From Bacillota bacterium (GTDB taxonomy: Bacteria; Bacillota; Dethiobacteria; DTU022): 64,000 nt of DNA. Location: positions 752-64,751 of the forward strand of contig JAWODD010000008.1 in assembly GCA_046483445.1 (NCBI GenBank). The letters are read 5' to 3'. The notes under the pieces are model-generated. The model searched no databases. It was not told where the DNA came from and saw only the letters and a list, made by a program, of their open reading frames with translations. The translations under genes were made by a program, and so were the position numbers. Every line of letters begins with the position of its first letter. The first letter of the stretch is position 1. This document shows, piece after piece, positions 54,901 to 63,288 of the stretch.

Positions 54901-56552
54901 CAACCGATAAAAGTCATCAGCGACATAACCAGTTCTTCCCGGTAAGGGTCTATGGCTGGATTGGTGACCTGGGCAAAATTTTGTTTAAAATACCAGAATA
55001 GCAGCTGCGGTTTTTCCGAAAGCACGGCCAGGGGCTGGTCGGATCCCATCGACCCAACCGGTTCAGCCTGGTCGGCAGCCATCGGCTTTAAGATCTTATG
55101 CAAGTCTTCGCGGCTGTAGCCAAACAGTTTTTGCCTGGCCAGTATAGAACTGCGATCTACTTTTAATGGAGCCATGGCATTAAAGAAACCGTGGATGGTG
55201 ATCTGGTTTTCCTGGGTCCAGCGGCGGTAGGGTTGGCGACGGGCCAGCCGAATTTTTAGCTCCGTATTTTTTAGCAGCCTTTTTTCTCCCAGGTCGACCA
55301 GCAGCATTTCCCCGGGCCTTAAGGCTCCCTTTTCTGCTATGTCCTCCGGGGCGATATCAATTACCCCGGCTTCCGAAGCGAAAACCATAAAACCGGATTT
55401 AGTAAGCGTGTACCTCGCCGGGCGCAGTCCATTGCGATCAAGGCTGGCGCCGACTCTTAACCCGTCGGTATAAATCACTGCTGCCGGGCCGTCCCATGGT
55501 TCCATAATTCCGGCGTGATATTCGTAAAAACCGCGCAGGTCCGGACCGATGGGGTACTTGTCACCCCAGGCCTGGGGGATCAGCATAGCCATGGCATGCT
55601 CAATTGAGCGCCCTCCGTTAGAGAGCAGTTCCAACGCATTGTCCAGGTTGGCTGAGTCGCTGACCCCTTCTTCCAGTACCGGCATGATCTTTTTAATTTC
55701 CCGGCCGAATAATCCCGATTCCAGATTTTTTTCGCGCGAGGCCATCCAGTTGCGGTTACCGCGCAGGGTATTGATTTCGCCGTTGTGGCAGAGGTAACGA
55801 AATGGCTGGGCCAGTGACCATGAGGGGAAAGTGTTGGTGCTGTAGCGCTGATGAACAATTACAAAGGCGCTTTCCATCAAACTGTCAGTCAGTTCGGGGT
55901 AAAACTTCTCCACCTGTTGGGGCATAAGCAAGCCCTTATAGACGATGGTCCGGCAGGAAAGGCTGGTTGCATAAAATTCTTCTGTCCCCCTGCCGTGGGA
56001 CCTAATTTTGCCTTCGGCGTCTTTTCGGGCAATGTAGAGTTTGCGTTCCAGGTTTGCGCCGCTCAAACCACAGCCATCAACGAAACACTGCCGGATAAAA
56101 GGCATATTGCTCTGCGAGTTTTCGCCAAGACTGCCTGGCGCCACCGGGACATCCCGCCAGCCGATTAACTTTAAGCCGGCCCTGTCTAAACAGCTTTCCA
56201 TTATCCGGCAGCACTGCTCCCTGGCCTGTTCATTTGTGGGCAGAAAAAACATCCCGGCGCCATAGTGACCGGGCCGAGATAAGCTCCATCCATTTTCCCG
56301 GGCAATCTTTTCGAAAAAACGGTGAGGGAGTTGAAACTGCAGTCCGGCACCATCACCGGTTTTATCATCAGCTCCGGTGGCACCGCGGTGGAGCAGGTTC
56401 TTTAGCACCCTTATTCCGTCACTAATAATACGATGGTTCTTTTCACCGTTAATGTTAACCAGAAAACCTAAACCGCAGGCATCATGTTCACGCGCAGGGT
56501 CATAAAGACCTTCTTTAAGGAATTGTGTGCGGCAGTCGGTAGTTTGTTTCAT
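51999..56552 (-). CDS. gltB: glutamate synthase large subunit
   Basis: 1517 aa. N-terminal CGLGFLVN (Ntn amidotransferase Cys). FMN/3Fe-4S and C-terminal GXGXG beta-helix regions are present. Confidence 0.95.
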   Translation of the reverse strand: MKQTTDCRTQFLKEGLYDPAREHDACGLGFLVNINGEKNHRIISDGIRVLKNLLHRGATGADDKTGDGAGLQFQLPHRFFEKIARENGWSLSRPGHYGAGMFFLPTNEQAREQCCRIMESCLDRAGLKLIGWRDVPVAPGSLGENSQSNMPFIRQCFVDGCGLSGANLERKLYIARKDAEGKIRSHGRGTEEFYATSLSCRTIVYKGLLMPQQVEKFYPELTDSLMESAFVIVHQRYSTNTFPSWSLAQPFRYLCHNGEINTLRGNRNWMASREKNLESGLFGREIKKIMPVLEEGVSDSANLDNALELLSNGGRSIEHAMAMLIPQAWGDKYPIGPDLRGFYEYHAGIMEPWDGPAAVIYTDGLRVGASLDRNGLRPARYTLTKSGFMVFASEAGVIDIAPEDIAEKGALRPGEMLLVDLGEKRLLKNTELKIRLARRQPYRRWTQENQITIHGFFNAMAPLKVDRSSILARQKLFGYSREDLHKILKPMAADQAEPVGSMGSDQPLAVLSEKPQLLFWYFKQNFAQVTNPAIDPYREELVMSLMTFIGCPDNLLGESPQHAHLVKLSQPILSNEDLERLCSLEEKGFRSTKLTMQFPAGGNGGDLEEALGRLCSDAESAVRSGCGMIVLSDRNLEINMAPIPSLLAVSAVNRHLTDQRLRTGIGILVESAEPREVMHMTLLLGYGASAINPYLAFESVAHLAEQSMLGRQLSTQKAMENYLQATCKGILKIMSKIGISTLRSYRNGQVFEAVGLNDELIDRYFIGTSSRIQGLGLEDIAREVSMRYDQYQDFMNTFDQTGQLPSGGQYAYRLDGERHLWKPESVRLLQHSVRSGNFEQFMAYSEIINNQLKAQSTLRGLLEFKKAVPIALDKVEPAAEIVKRFVIGAMSYGSISPETHQTLAETMNSLGGKSNSGEGGEDTDRYKPRADGKNLSSAIKQVASGRFGVTAEYLANARELQIKIAQGAKPGEGGQLPGHKVDKMIARVRYSTPGVTLISPPPHHDIYSIEDLAQLIYDLHNANPQSRISVKLVSEAGVGTVAAGVSKARADMILISGYDGGTGAAPLSSIKHAGVPWELGLTEAHQTLVLNGLRSRVRLQVDGGLKTGRDVAIGAMLGAEEFGFATAALVACGCVMTRSCHTNRCPVGVATMDSELRKRFKGKAEHVRNFMLFVAEELRLIMALLGIATVDELVGRVDLLEQNREISFWKTKNLDLNRILLKTDAPDSETRCTISQPSQLEESLDYKLLPEIEPAIETAQKVTVSSPIYNHHRTVGTIISNRIASKYSNEGLPEGTITINFKGSAGQSFGAFAARGLTLNLEGEANDYVGKGLSGGRIVLKPFSGSSYDSSENIITGNVNLYGATGGEYYATGMAGERFAIRNSGALAVVEGIGDHGCEYMTGGRVVVLGPTGLNFGAGMSGGLAYIYDRHGVFDTNCNLEMIDLETVTEEEDILELKTLLQRHLLYTGSKKAASLLENWEESLPFFIKVFPMEYRLSLGKMSREDQAVERALPQVN

Positions 56553-56827
56553 TGCTGATCAACTCCGTTCTTTACTAATTTTATGATGCCTTAAGTTAAA
56601 AGGTTTTAATATCATAGCTCTATTCTTCCCATTGATCAAGTTTTTCTAATGAGAACAACTGCCTTTAAAACAGGCTCACTCCTATTTCCAGCAATTCAAA
56701 TAATTATTGCCCCGTTTTTCTTTAACAATATTGCATCTTAAACTCTAAAAAAATGTCTGCAGATTTTCCAGCAAAAGTTTTGTTATAATAATTAAAGCTA
56801 CTTATCTTGACCGAAAGGAAATTATTT

Positions 56828-57805
56828 ATGAACCTAAAAAGCCTGCGCAACCCCGACCTGTACCATGGTAGAAGGGGCAAAAACTATTTTGAAGGCTGGT
56901 ATTTCAAGCTGGTTGACAACCAGATGAAAAATGCTTTTGCTTTTATTCCCGGTGTTTTCTTCAGCCCTGACGGAGAATATGATCATGCCTTTATCCAGGT
57001 AGTTGACGGTATGAAAAGAACATATCAATATGAGCGTTTTACAACCAATGAATTTTCTGCTGCCAAAGATACATTTCTAGTAAATGTGGCCGGCAGCAGC
57101 TTTGGCCGCAGTGGTATTGATTTTAGCCTGGCCAGAGAAGGTGCAAACATCAAGGGTCGGGTTGATTTTCGCAACCATCTGGGCTGGCCGGACAACTTCC
57201 TAAATCCAGGCAGCATGGGTTTCTACAACTATATTCCAGGGATGCAGTGCTACGCACAGGTATGCGCCATGGATTTTGATCTGAAAGGCAGCCTGGAAAT
57301 CAATGAACAGCCTGTTAATTTTAGTGCCGGCAAAGGGTACATCGAAAAAAACTGGGGTTCAACCTTTCCCTACTCATGGATCTGGATTCAGTGTAATAAT
57401 TTCCGTAAAGCACAAGCTTCATTAAGCTGCTCTCTTGCGCATATCCCTTTTCCTGTTCACAGCTTCCGGGGGTTTTTAATCGGCCTTTATGTAGATGGCT
57501 GGTTTTACAAGTTTACTACCATGAATCGCAGCAAAGCAGAAATAACCCAAAAAGGTTCTGATGTGGTTATGCGCTTAAAAAACAGGTGCCACAGCCTTAC
57601 CATTGATTGTAAAACAAACAGCGAAGATTTTATCCGCTTAAACGGCCCACGTGGAGGCCAAATGGTGCCGCTGGTCCAAGAAAACCTGCAGGGTAGGGTT
57701 AACGTTATTCTAAAAGAGAAAGCGAGCGGCAAGGTAATTTATGAAGATCACGGCCGCTGTGCCGGGGTTGAATACGGAGGCGATCAGATGATGGTCTTTG
57801 ATTGA
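56828..57805 (+). CDS. tocopherol cyclase (VTE1)-like family protein
   Basis: N-terminal YFEGWYFKLVD matches the FFEGWYFR signature of tocopherol cyclases. About 325 aa, soluble. Start re-called to ATG 56828. Confidence 0.5.
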   Translation: MNLKSLRNPDLYHGRRGKNYFEGWYFKLVDNQMKNAFAFIPGVFFSPDGEYDHAFIQVVDGMKRTYQYERFTTNEFSAAKDTFLVNVAGSSFGRSGIDFSLAREGANIKGRVDFRNHLGWPDNFLNPGSMGFYNYIPGMQCYAQVCAMDFDLKGSLEINEQPVNFSAGKGYIEKNWGSTFPYSWIWIQCNNFRKAQASLSCSLAHIPFPVHSFRGFLIGLYVDGWFYKFTTMNRSKAEITQKGSDVVMRLKNRCHSLTIDCKTNSEDFIRLNGPRGGQMVPLVQENLQGRVNVILKEKASGKVIYEDHGRCAGVEYGGDQMMVFD

Positions 57806-57887
57806 CCATGATCCTATGACGTAACCATCTAATTGTTTTTATCATGGAGAATAGTAATTAATAATTTTAGAGTTGGAGGTTTAATTC

Positions 57888-58079
57888 ATGCAGCTATTAG
57901 TTCAAGGCATCATATTTTTTGTTGTATTTGGTTTGCTGTGGTATGTTGTCCAGACTAAGAATATTCTTGGCCTGGGAGCTAAGTTAAAGGGTGGTAAAAA
58001 AGCGGTACTTAATACCCTGCTTACTTCATTTATTGCTACAGCAGTATTTGTAGCTTTACTTTATTTTACAGGTCTGTAA
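57888..58079 (+). CDS. 63-aa two-TM membrane protein
   Basis: GGAGGT RBS and two hydrophobic segments. Confidence 0.5.
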   Translation: MQLLVQGIIFFVVFGLLWYVVQTKNILGLGAKLKGGKKAVLNTLLTSFIATAVFVALLYFTGL

Positions 58080-58193
58080 TAGGAACAGCTAAAATAGGCT
58101 GCCCAAAAATATTATGGTGGGAATGGAACCGTTCAGCCCCGGCATGTGTCTCATATAGTAGAAAGCGATTATATTTTGAGGGAGGTAATATTT

Positions 58194-58790
58194 ATGTTAA
58201 AACAGGGATTAGTGGCAGTCTTGGTCCTATCAATGCTAATTGGGTTGGTAGTGACCGGTTGCGCGGAAGAAGCGCCGGAATTAGAAGAACCGGAAAATGA
58301 AAACGGTGAGGAAAACAATGGTACTGGAAATGAAAGCGGTGAGGACAATAATAGCACTGAAAACGGTGAAGCCGACTTGGAGTACGGTGATCCGATCATG
58401 CTCGATATTTACTTCATGGAAGTAACTGAAAACAGCTTTGAGCTTGGTAAGGAAACCCGTGAAGTAGGGACATTCGGTGGCCCACAGGTGGACCTGGAAG
58501 AAGTAATTGCCGAGCTGCTTAAAGGTCCGGAAACTGAGGATTTGAGCAGGGTTATTCCAGAAGGAACGGAGATCAGGGGTGTCACCCTGGAAAACGGAGT
58601 GGCCTATGTTGACTTTTCTGAAGAACTGCTGCAGGCCAATGTTGGCAGTGAAGCAGAGTGGGTTCTGGTAAATTCTATAGTTAAGACCCTGACCCAGTTG
58701 GAAGAAGTAGAATCGGTACAAATCCTGGTGGAAGGAGAAATTGTCGAGACGATAGCCGGACATGTTGTTATCAATGAGCCGCTTAACTAA
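58194..58790 (+). CDS. GerMN-domain lipoprotein (GerM-like)
   Basis: Lipobox LVVTGC, acidic linker, then LLKGP....LSRVIP.GT.IRGV.L.NGVAYVDFS...L. Start ATG 58194 sits behind GAGGGAGG. Confidence 0.75.
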   Translation: MLKQGLVAVLVLSMLIGLVVTGCAEEAPELEEPENENGEENNGTGNESGEDNNSTENGEADLEYGDPIMLDIYFMEVTENSFELGKETREVGTFGGPQVDLEEVIAELLKGPETEDLSRVIPEGTEIRGVTLENGVAYVDFSEELLQANVGSEAEWVLVNSIVKTLTQLEEVESVQILVEGEIVETIAGHVVINEPLN

Positions 58791-59120
58791 CTCGAACACT
58801 GCTTTGGGGGCATGAATTTAGCTGTTTTGCCTGGCACAAGACTAACTCATGCCCTACTTTTTCTCCTTTTTAATTTTACAAGTATTATAAATAAATGTAT
58901 TCTCAAGGCTCTTTCATTGATGAAAGCCAGTAAATAAAGTAACCCCCTGCGCCGGTTTATTTTGGCGCTTCTTTTTATTTTATTTAAGCGTGACAGTGAA
59001 ACCGCAAAACCCTTTATGTTTTAGGGATTATTCATCATATTACTGTAGGAAGGCGACCCCGTTTGCGGGAGCCGCCTTTTGTTTTGGAAGGTTTATGTGG
59101 ACGCAAGTTTCGTTTGGAAA

Positions 59121-62100
59121 TCAGGAGCTGAAGCGGCTAATCACCGTGGTGATCGCGTTAAGCAGGGCTTCAGCTTCGGCAATCTGTTCGGCTGTAAGCA
59201 GGTCGCGATTGCTGTTAAGTACTGCCAGGGCTGCATTGTTGGCGGCAATCAGTTCAGCGGGGTTAATCGCTGCGCCGCTTTGGGCTGCCAGCATAAGCTC
59301 GAGAGCAATAATTGCCGCGTTGGCTACAGCCAGCTCGGTCTCGGCCACAGCTTTGTCTGCTGCGCTCATGGTACCCTTGTCCGCCTCGTAGCTTTGCTTC
59401 GCCTGGTTGTAAACCGCTATGGCCCTATCCAGGTCGGCAGCGCTACCGCCGGTAACAAAGGCAGGGGTGATCATCGGGTTTGCATCCTGATCGGAGATAG
59501 CGGTCAGCACAGTAGCAGACTTGCGCGGTGGCGTCAGCAGGCTGAAGGAATAGTCCGGATCATAAGAGAACCAATCGGATCCAGAGGTAGGATCGGGTGT
59601 TCCCGGGGGGGCAACCATGTGCCAGGTAGGATCTTCATCATTTCCTACCTGCCACCACAACAGCGGGTAGGAGCCGTCTTCTCCGGTTATCGACCAGTTT
59701 GCACCGGAGAAGGTGCTCAGGGTTTTCATCTTGGCCGTAGTTTTACCTTCGCCTCCGTCACTCGTTTTCTGACCCGAGGTTTCGGTGTCCCAAAAACTGT
59801 CCGTGACCGTACCTTCATCATCACACCCGACCAGACCGCCGACATTAACGAGGCCGGTGACTTTACCGGTGGCATAGCTGTTGGAAATATTTCCGCCGAT
59901 ATTCTCACCAACTAAGCCGCCGACATTACTTATGCCGTTGACAGCGCCGGTGGCGTAACTGTTGGAAATGTTTCCACCGTTATACGAGCCGACCAGGCCG
60001 CCGACATATGCATCGGCAGTGACAGCGCCAGTGGCGTAACTGTTGGTGATAACGCCAATATTATCACCGACCAGGCCGCCAACACGGTATTTGCCGATTA
60101 CATCGCCGGTAGCATAGCTGTTGGAAATATCTCCGTTATAATTCTGACCGACCAGGCCACCGACCCATTTGTCGGTGCCTTCGACAGTGCCGGTGGCGTG
60201 GCTGTCGGTGATCGTTCCCTCATCATTCTCACCGACCAGTCCGCCAACACGACCATCCTCACCCTTAACAGTGCCAGTGGCGTAGCTGCCGAGTATCGTT
60301 CCAGAGGAACTATTCTCACCGACCAGTCCCCCGACTTCATAATCGCTGGTACCGGTGACATTGCCGGTGGCGTAACTTTCGTTGATCTCACCATTATTCT
60401 CACCGACCAGGCCGCCAACCCTAATACCAGTAGCAATGCCAGTGGCGTAGCTGTTGGAAATATCTCCGCCGTTATTCCGCCCAACCAGGCCGCCAACCCT
60501 AAGGTCCGTACCTTTGACAGTGCCGGTAGCATAACTGAAAGTGATCGTTCCACCATCATTATCACCTACCAGGCCGCCAACATATTGTTCGCCGGTGACA
60601 TCGCCAGTGGCGTGACTGTCGATGATCGTTCCACCATCATTCTCACCGACCAGGCCACCGACATAATCACTATTGCTGACAGTGCCTTCGGCATAGCTGA
60701 TGTTGATCTCACCATTATTCTCACCGACCAGGCCGCCAACACGACCTCCGCCAATGACCTTGCCTTCGGCGGAGCTGTTAGTGACCGTGCTCGTGCTATA
60801 TCTATTGTAACCGACCAGACCACCGACCCTAAGGCCGGTACCTTTGACAATGGCGGTGGTGGAGCTATTAGTGATCGCACCTTTTTTAATGTATCCGACC
60901 AGGCCGCCGATATAGTTATCGCCATTAACAGCGCCGGTGGCAGAGCTGTTGGTAATGTTTCCTTCATCATTCTCACCGACCAGGCCGCCGACGCGATCGT
61001 CGGCGGTTACATCAACATCTACCAGGGTAATGTTAGTAAGGGTTGCCCCGTCTATGTAACCAAACAAACCAACGTAATCCTCGTTAGTCCGTTTAATGTA
61101 GAGATTACTGATGGTATTACTCATACCGTCATAGCTGCCGGTAAACTTGGTAGTAGAGTTGCCGATGGGAGTCCAGCCTTTGTCATCGTCCCAGTCATAT
61201 ATTCCATCACTTTTTTCAGTGTGATTTTCCGGAAAAGTGATCGCGGCCGTTTGGACGAAGTATTTACCCCATTCATCCGATTCCTGGCTCAGCCAGTAGA
61301 GGTTTTCCCACTTTTCGATCTGATAAGGAGCGCCTTCAGAGCCATTGCCCGATGTAGGTTTTTCGCTCGTTTCTGCCAAAACACTATTCAAGGAAAGCCC
61401 ATTAAGTTTAAGCTCTCCCTGCGTTGTAGCGCTTGGAGCAACCGCACCGAGGATGGTTACATCGTTCGCGGCATAGTTCGTGCCCGCGCCCAGTGAGACC
61501 AGTTGGTCGCCATCGAGCATTTTTACGATGTAGGGTCCGTCGCTTTTCTGGGCTACTACCAGGTCGCCGTCGGCATAGGTACCGGAAATAACTTCGATAA
61601 TCGCCCCGGGGGAAAGCAGCGGGTTCATCGACTCTTCCTCAACCTGGAAGTAGACGATGCTCTGGGTTTCTTCATTATCCATGCCTGCAGCGTCGGCAGA
61701 CTCAGCTCCATTGGCTTCGAGGGTAACGCTGCCTTCAACTACAGCTTCCCCCTCTTCTACCGCTTCAATGGTCAGGTTATCTTTACCTATAGTTACATCT
61801 TCCTCGTAGGTCCCGCTGTGAACATGGATGGAATCACCAGGCTCAATTGCCTCTGCATCCACAGCGCCCTGGATAGTTTCACTTACTGTCACATCCAGTG
61901 TCTGGTCGCTGTAGTCATAGCTGCCGCTGGCATAGTTATCACCCTGGGCGGGGTTGTTGACATTGGTGCTGCCGTCATCAGCGACTACGGTTTCTCCTGA
62001 ACGGTCGGTCCAGGCTTCTGTTGTAAGCTGGTAGGTTTCACTATCACCATCGATGGTATCCGGGGTGACTGCGTTAAAAACTGCACTAACCCAGCCGTCT

Positions 62101-63122
62101 GTTTCAAGCAGACCGCTGTCATCATTAGCCCTAAGGGCAATGCTTAATTCGCTGTTAAGATCGTTCCATACAGCGTTCCATTTAGAGTCATCTGCACCGT
62201 CTTTGGAAGAAGTCACCGTGATTGTCTCATCGCTGCTCTTGGAAAAAACATCAGGCAGGGTCAGCTTAGCTGAGCCCAGTTGGCTGGAGCCAACTTCCGT
62301 AAAAGTTACCTCGAAAGCGGTCTCTTCCTCTGTGCCAACTACCCCATCCGGGGTAAGTTCAGCTACATAGGAATTCCCCTCGCCGTCGGTGACTTCAACT
62401 GAATCGCCTTCAGCCAGGGCGTCCTGCTCTTCTCCGGTGAGAGTGATTTCCTGTTCGCTTTCCTGGTCATCTCCGCTGTTGCTGTCACCTTCAGCCGCTT
62501 CTTCCGGATCCGATTCATTTTGTTTTTCATCGTTGTCCGTTTCTTCAGATTCGCTGTCTTCGGCTGTGTCTTCAGCAGAATCATCCTCTGCCCCTTCCTC
62601 ATCACTACCTGTTTCAGTGTCACGGGTATCTTCGTCATCACCGGTAGAATCAGGTTCAGCTTGATCTTCTGTGGATTCATCGGCTCCAGCTTCAGGCTGC
62701 TCTTCACTTTCAGCGGTTTCTGCTTCCTGGGAAGTATCGCTTTCACCAGGCTCCCCCGATGCATCCGAATCTGACTCCGTCTCGGAAGATTCTGATCCAG
62801 TTGTTTCAGTAGTTTTTGTGGTACCAGAATCATCATCAGATTCAGAGGTATCAGCCGTATCATCATTACCGGTGTCCGTACTGTTATCCCCTGAATCAGT
62901 CGTAGTAGTTGATTCGGAACTTTCACCAGAGCTGCTGCTTTCTGAACCTGAATCATTTTCGCCGGAAGTACTGTCGGTATTATCTGAATCGGAAGTGGTT
63001 TCCGAGTCGCCGCTATCAGCTCCATCATCTGCAGCAAAAACAGCAGCTGGGGTTAAGAGTAAGAGGGCAGCAATTGCGACAACCAGGAAGCATTTTAAAT
63101 ACTGCTTGTTTTTCGTCTTAAT
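59121..63122 (-). CDS. giant secreted surface protein: signal peptide, hyper-acidic linker, beta-helix-like region, S24/S26-like segment, 15-16 GLUG repeats, Ala-rich helical tail
   Basis: The frame is open from TGA 63126-63128 down to the stop at 59121. Signal peptide: KTKNKQYLKCFLVVAIAALLLLTPAAVFA/ADD. The only plausible initiator is ATT 63120-63122, 8 nt after GGGGG. The track ORF (59121..62216) is the 3' three-quarters of this gene. Confidence 0.7.
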   Translation of the reverse strand: MKTKNKQYLKCFLVVAIAALLLLTPAAVFAADDGADSGDSETTSDSDNTDSTSGENDSGSESSSSGESSESTTTTDSGDNSTDTGNDDTADTSESDDDSGTTKTTETTGSESSETESDSDASGEPGESDTSQEAETAESEEQPEAGADESTEDQAEPDSTGDDEDTRDTETGSDEEGAEDDSAEDTAEDSESEETDNDEKQNESDPEEAAEGDSNSGDDQESEQEITLTGEEQDALAEGDSVEVTDGEGNSYVAELTPDGVVGTEEETAFEVTFTEVGSSQLGSAKLTLPDVFSKSSDETITVTSSKDGADDSKWNAVWNDLNSELSIALRANDDSGLLETDGWVSAVFNAVTPDTIDGDSETYQLTTEAWTDRSGETVVADDGSTNVNNPAQGDNYASGSYDYSDQTLDVTVSETIQGAVDAEAIEPGDSIHVHSGTYEEDVTIGKDNLTIEAVEEGEAVVEGSVTLEANGAESADAAGMDNEETQSIVYFQVEEESMNPLLSPGAIIEVISGTYADGDLVVAQKSDGPYIVKMLDGDQLVSLGAGTNYAANDVTILGAVAPSATTQGELKLNGLSLNSVLAETSEKPTSGNGSEGAPYQIEKWENLYWLSQESDEWGKYFVQTAAITFPENHTEKSDGIYDWDDDKGWTPIGNSTTKFTGSYDGMSNTISNLYIKRTNEDYVGLFGYIDGATLTNITLVDVDVTADDRVGGLVGENDEGNITNSSATGAVNGDNYIGGLVGYIKKGAITNSSTTAIVKGTGLRVGGLVGYNRYSTSTVTNSSAEGKVIGGGRVGGLVGENNGEINISYAEGTVSNSDYVGGLVGENDGGTIIDSHATGDVTGEQYVGGLVGDNDGGTITFSYATGTVKGTDLRVGGLVGRNNGGDISNSYATGIATGIRVGGLVGENNGEINESYATGNVTGTSDYEVGGLVGENSSSGTILGSYATGTVKGEDGRVGGLVGENDEGTITDSHATGTVEGTDKWVGGLVGQNYNGDISNSYATGDVIGKYRVGGLVGDNIGVITNSYATGAVTADAYVGGLVGSYNGGNISNSYATGAVNGISNVGGLVGENIGGNISNSYATGKVTGLVNVGGLVGCDDEGTVTDSFWDTETSGQKTSDGGEGKTTAKMKTLSTFSGANWSITGEDGSYPLLWWQVGNDEDPTWHMVAPPGTPDPTSGSDWFSYDPDYSFSLLTPPRKSATVLTAISDQDANPMITPAFVTGGSAADLDRAIAVYNQAKQSYEADKGTMSAADKAVAETELAVANAAIIALELMLAAQSGAAINPAELIAANNAALAVLNSNRDLLTAEQIAEAEALLNAITTVISRFSS
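59787..61076 (-). repeat. 15-16 tandem coding repeats of ~24-27 aa (GLUG-motif type: VGGLVGxNxGxIxNSYATGxVxG)
   Basis: GGLVG recurs 15 times. At DNA level, caccgaccaggccgcc-like strings recur on the plus strand every ~75-85 bp. Confidence 0.9.
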
Positions 63123-63288
63123 TTTTCACACCCCCTTTCCAGACATAAGGATAAATTTGGTCGCATATCTGCTCCCTCTGCCGGACCAGGGCGACCGCTA
63201 TCAGGCCCGCTTTCATTGGTTACAGAAGCTATATGTATGTGGATCTTCATATGAGATCAGAACTTAACATTATTGCCTCATTCAGCAA

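Noticed and set aside
52260-56425. Multiple 60-250-aa plus-strand ORFs inside gltB (for example 53130..53873, 52852..53298, 55851..56168).
   Set aside because: They are antisense shadows within a 4.5-kb gene of unambiguous identity. None has an RBS or a recognisable motif.
56553-56806. TnrA/GlnR box (TGTNAN7TNACA) upstream of gltB.
   Set aside because: I scanned both strands of the gltB upstream region by eye and found no match with both half-sites.
59079-61496. Long plus-strand ORFs (59079..59915, 278 aa; 60198..61496, 432 aa) and same-strand alternative-frame ORFs (60098..60565, 60566..60976).
   Set aside because: They lie antisense to, or out of frame with, the GLUG repeat array. Their translations are low-complexity mirrors of the repeat (runs of ILTDQAAN and similar), they lack RBSs, and the minus-strand frame gives a coherent repeat protein with a signal peptide.
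62363-63267. ORFs 62363..63037 (-), 62389..62664 (+), 62520..62774 (+), 62671..63267 (+) and 62909..63121 (+).
   Set aside because: They are shadow frames of the hyper-acidic linker. Codon monotony (GAx/TCx/ACx) keeps several frames open. None has a start context, and only the acidic frame is continuous with the signal peptide and the downstream domains.
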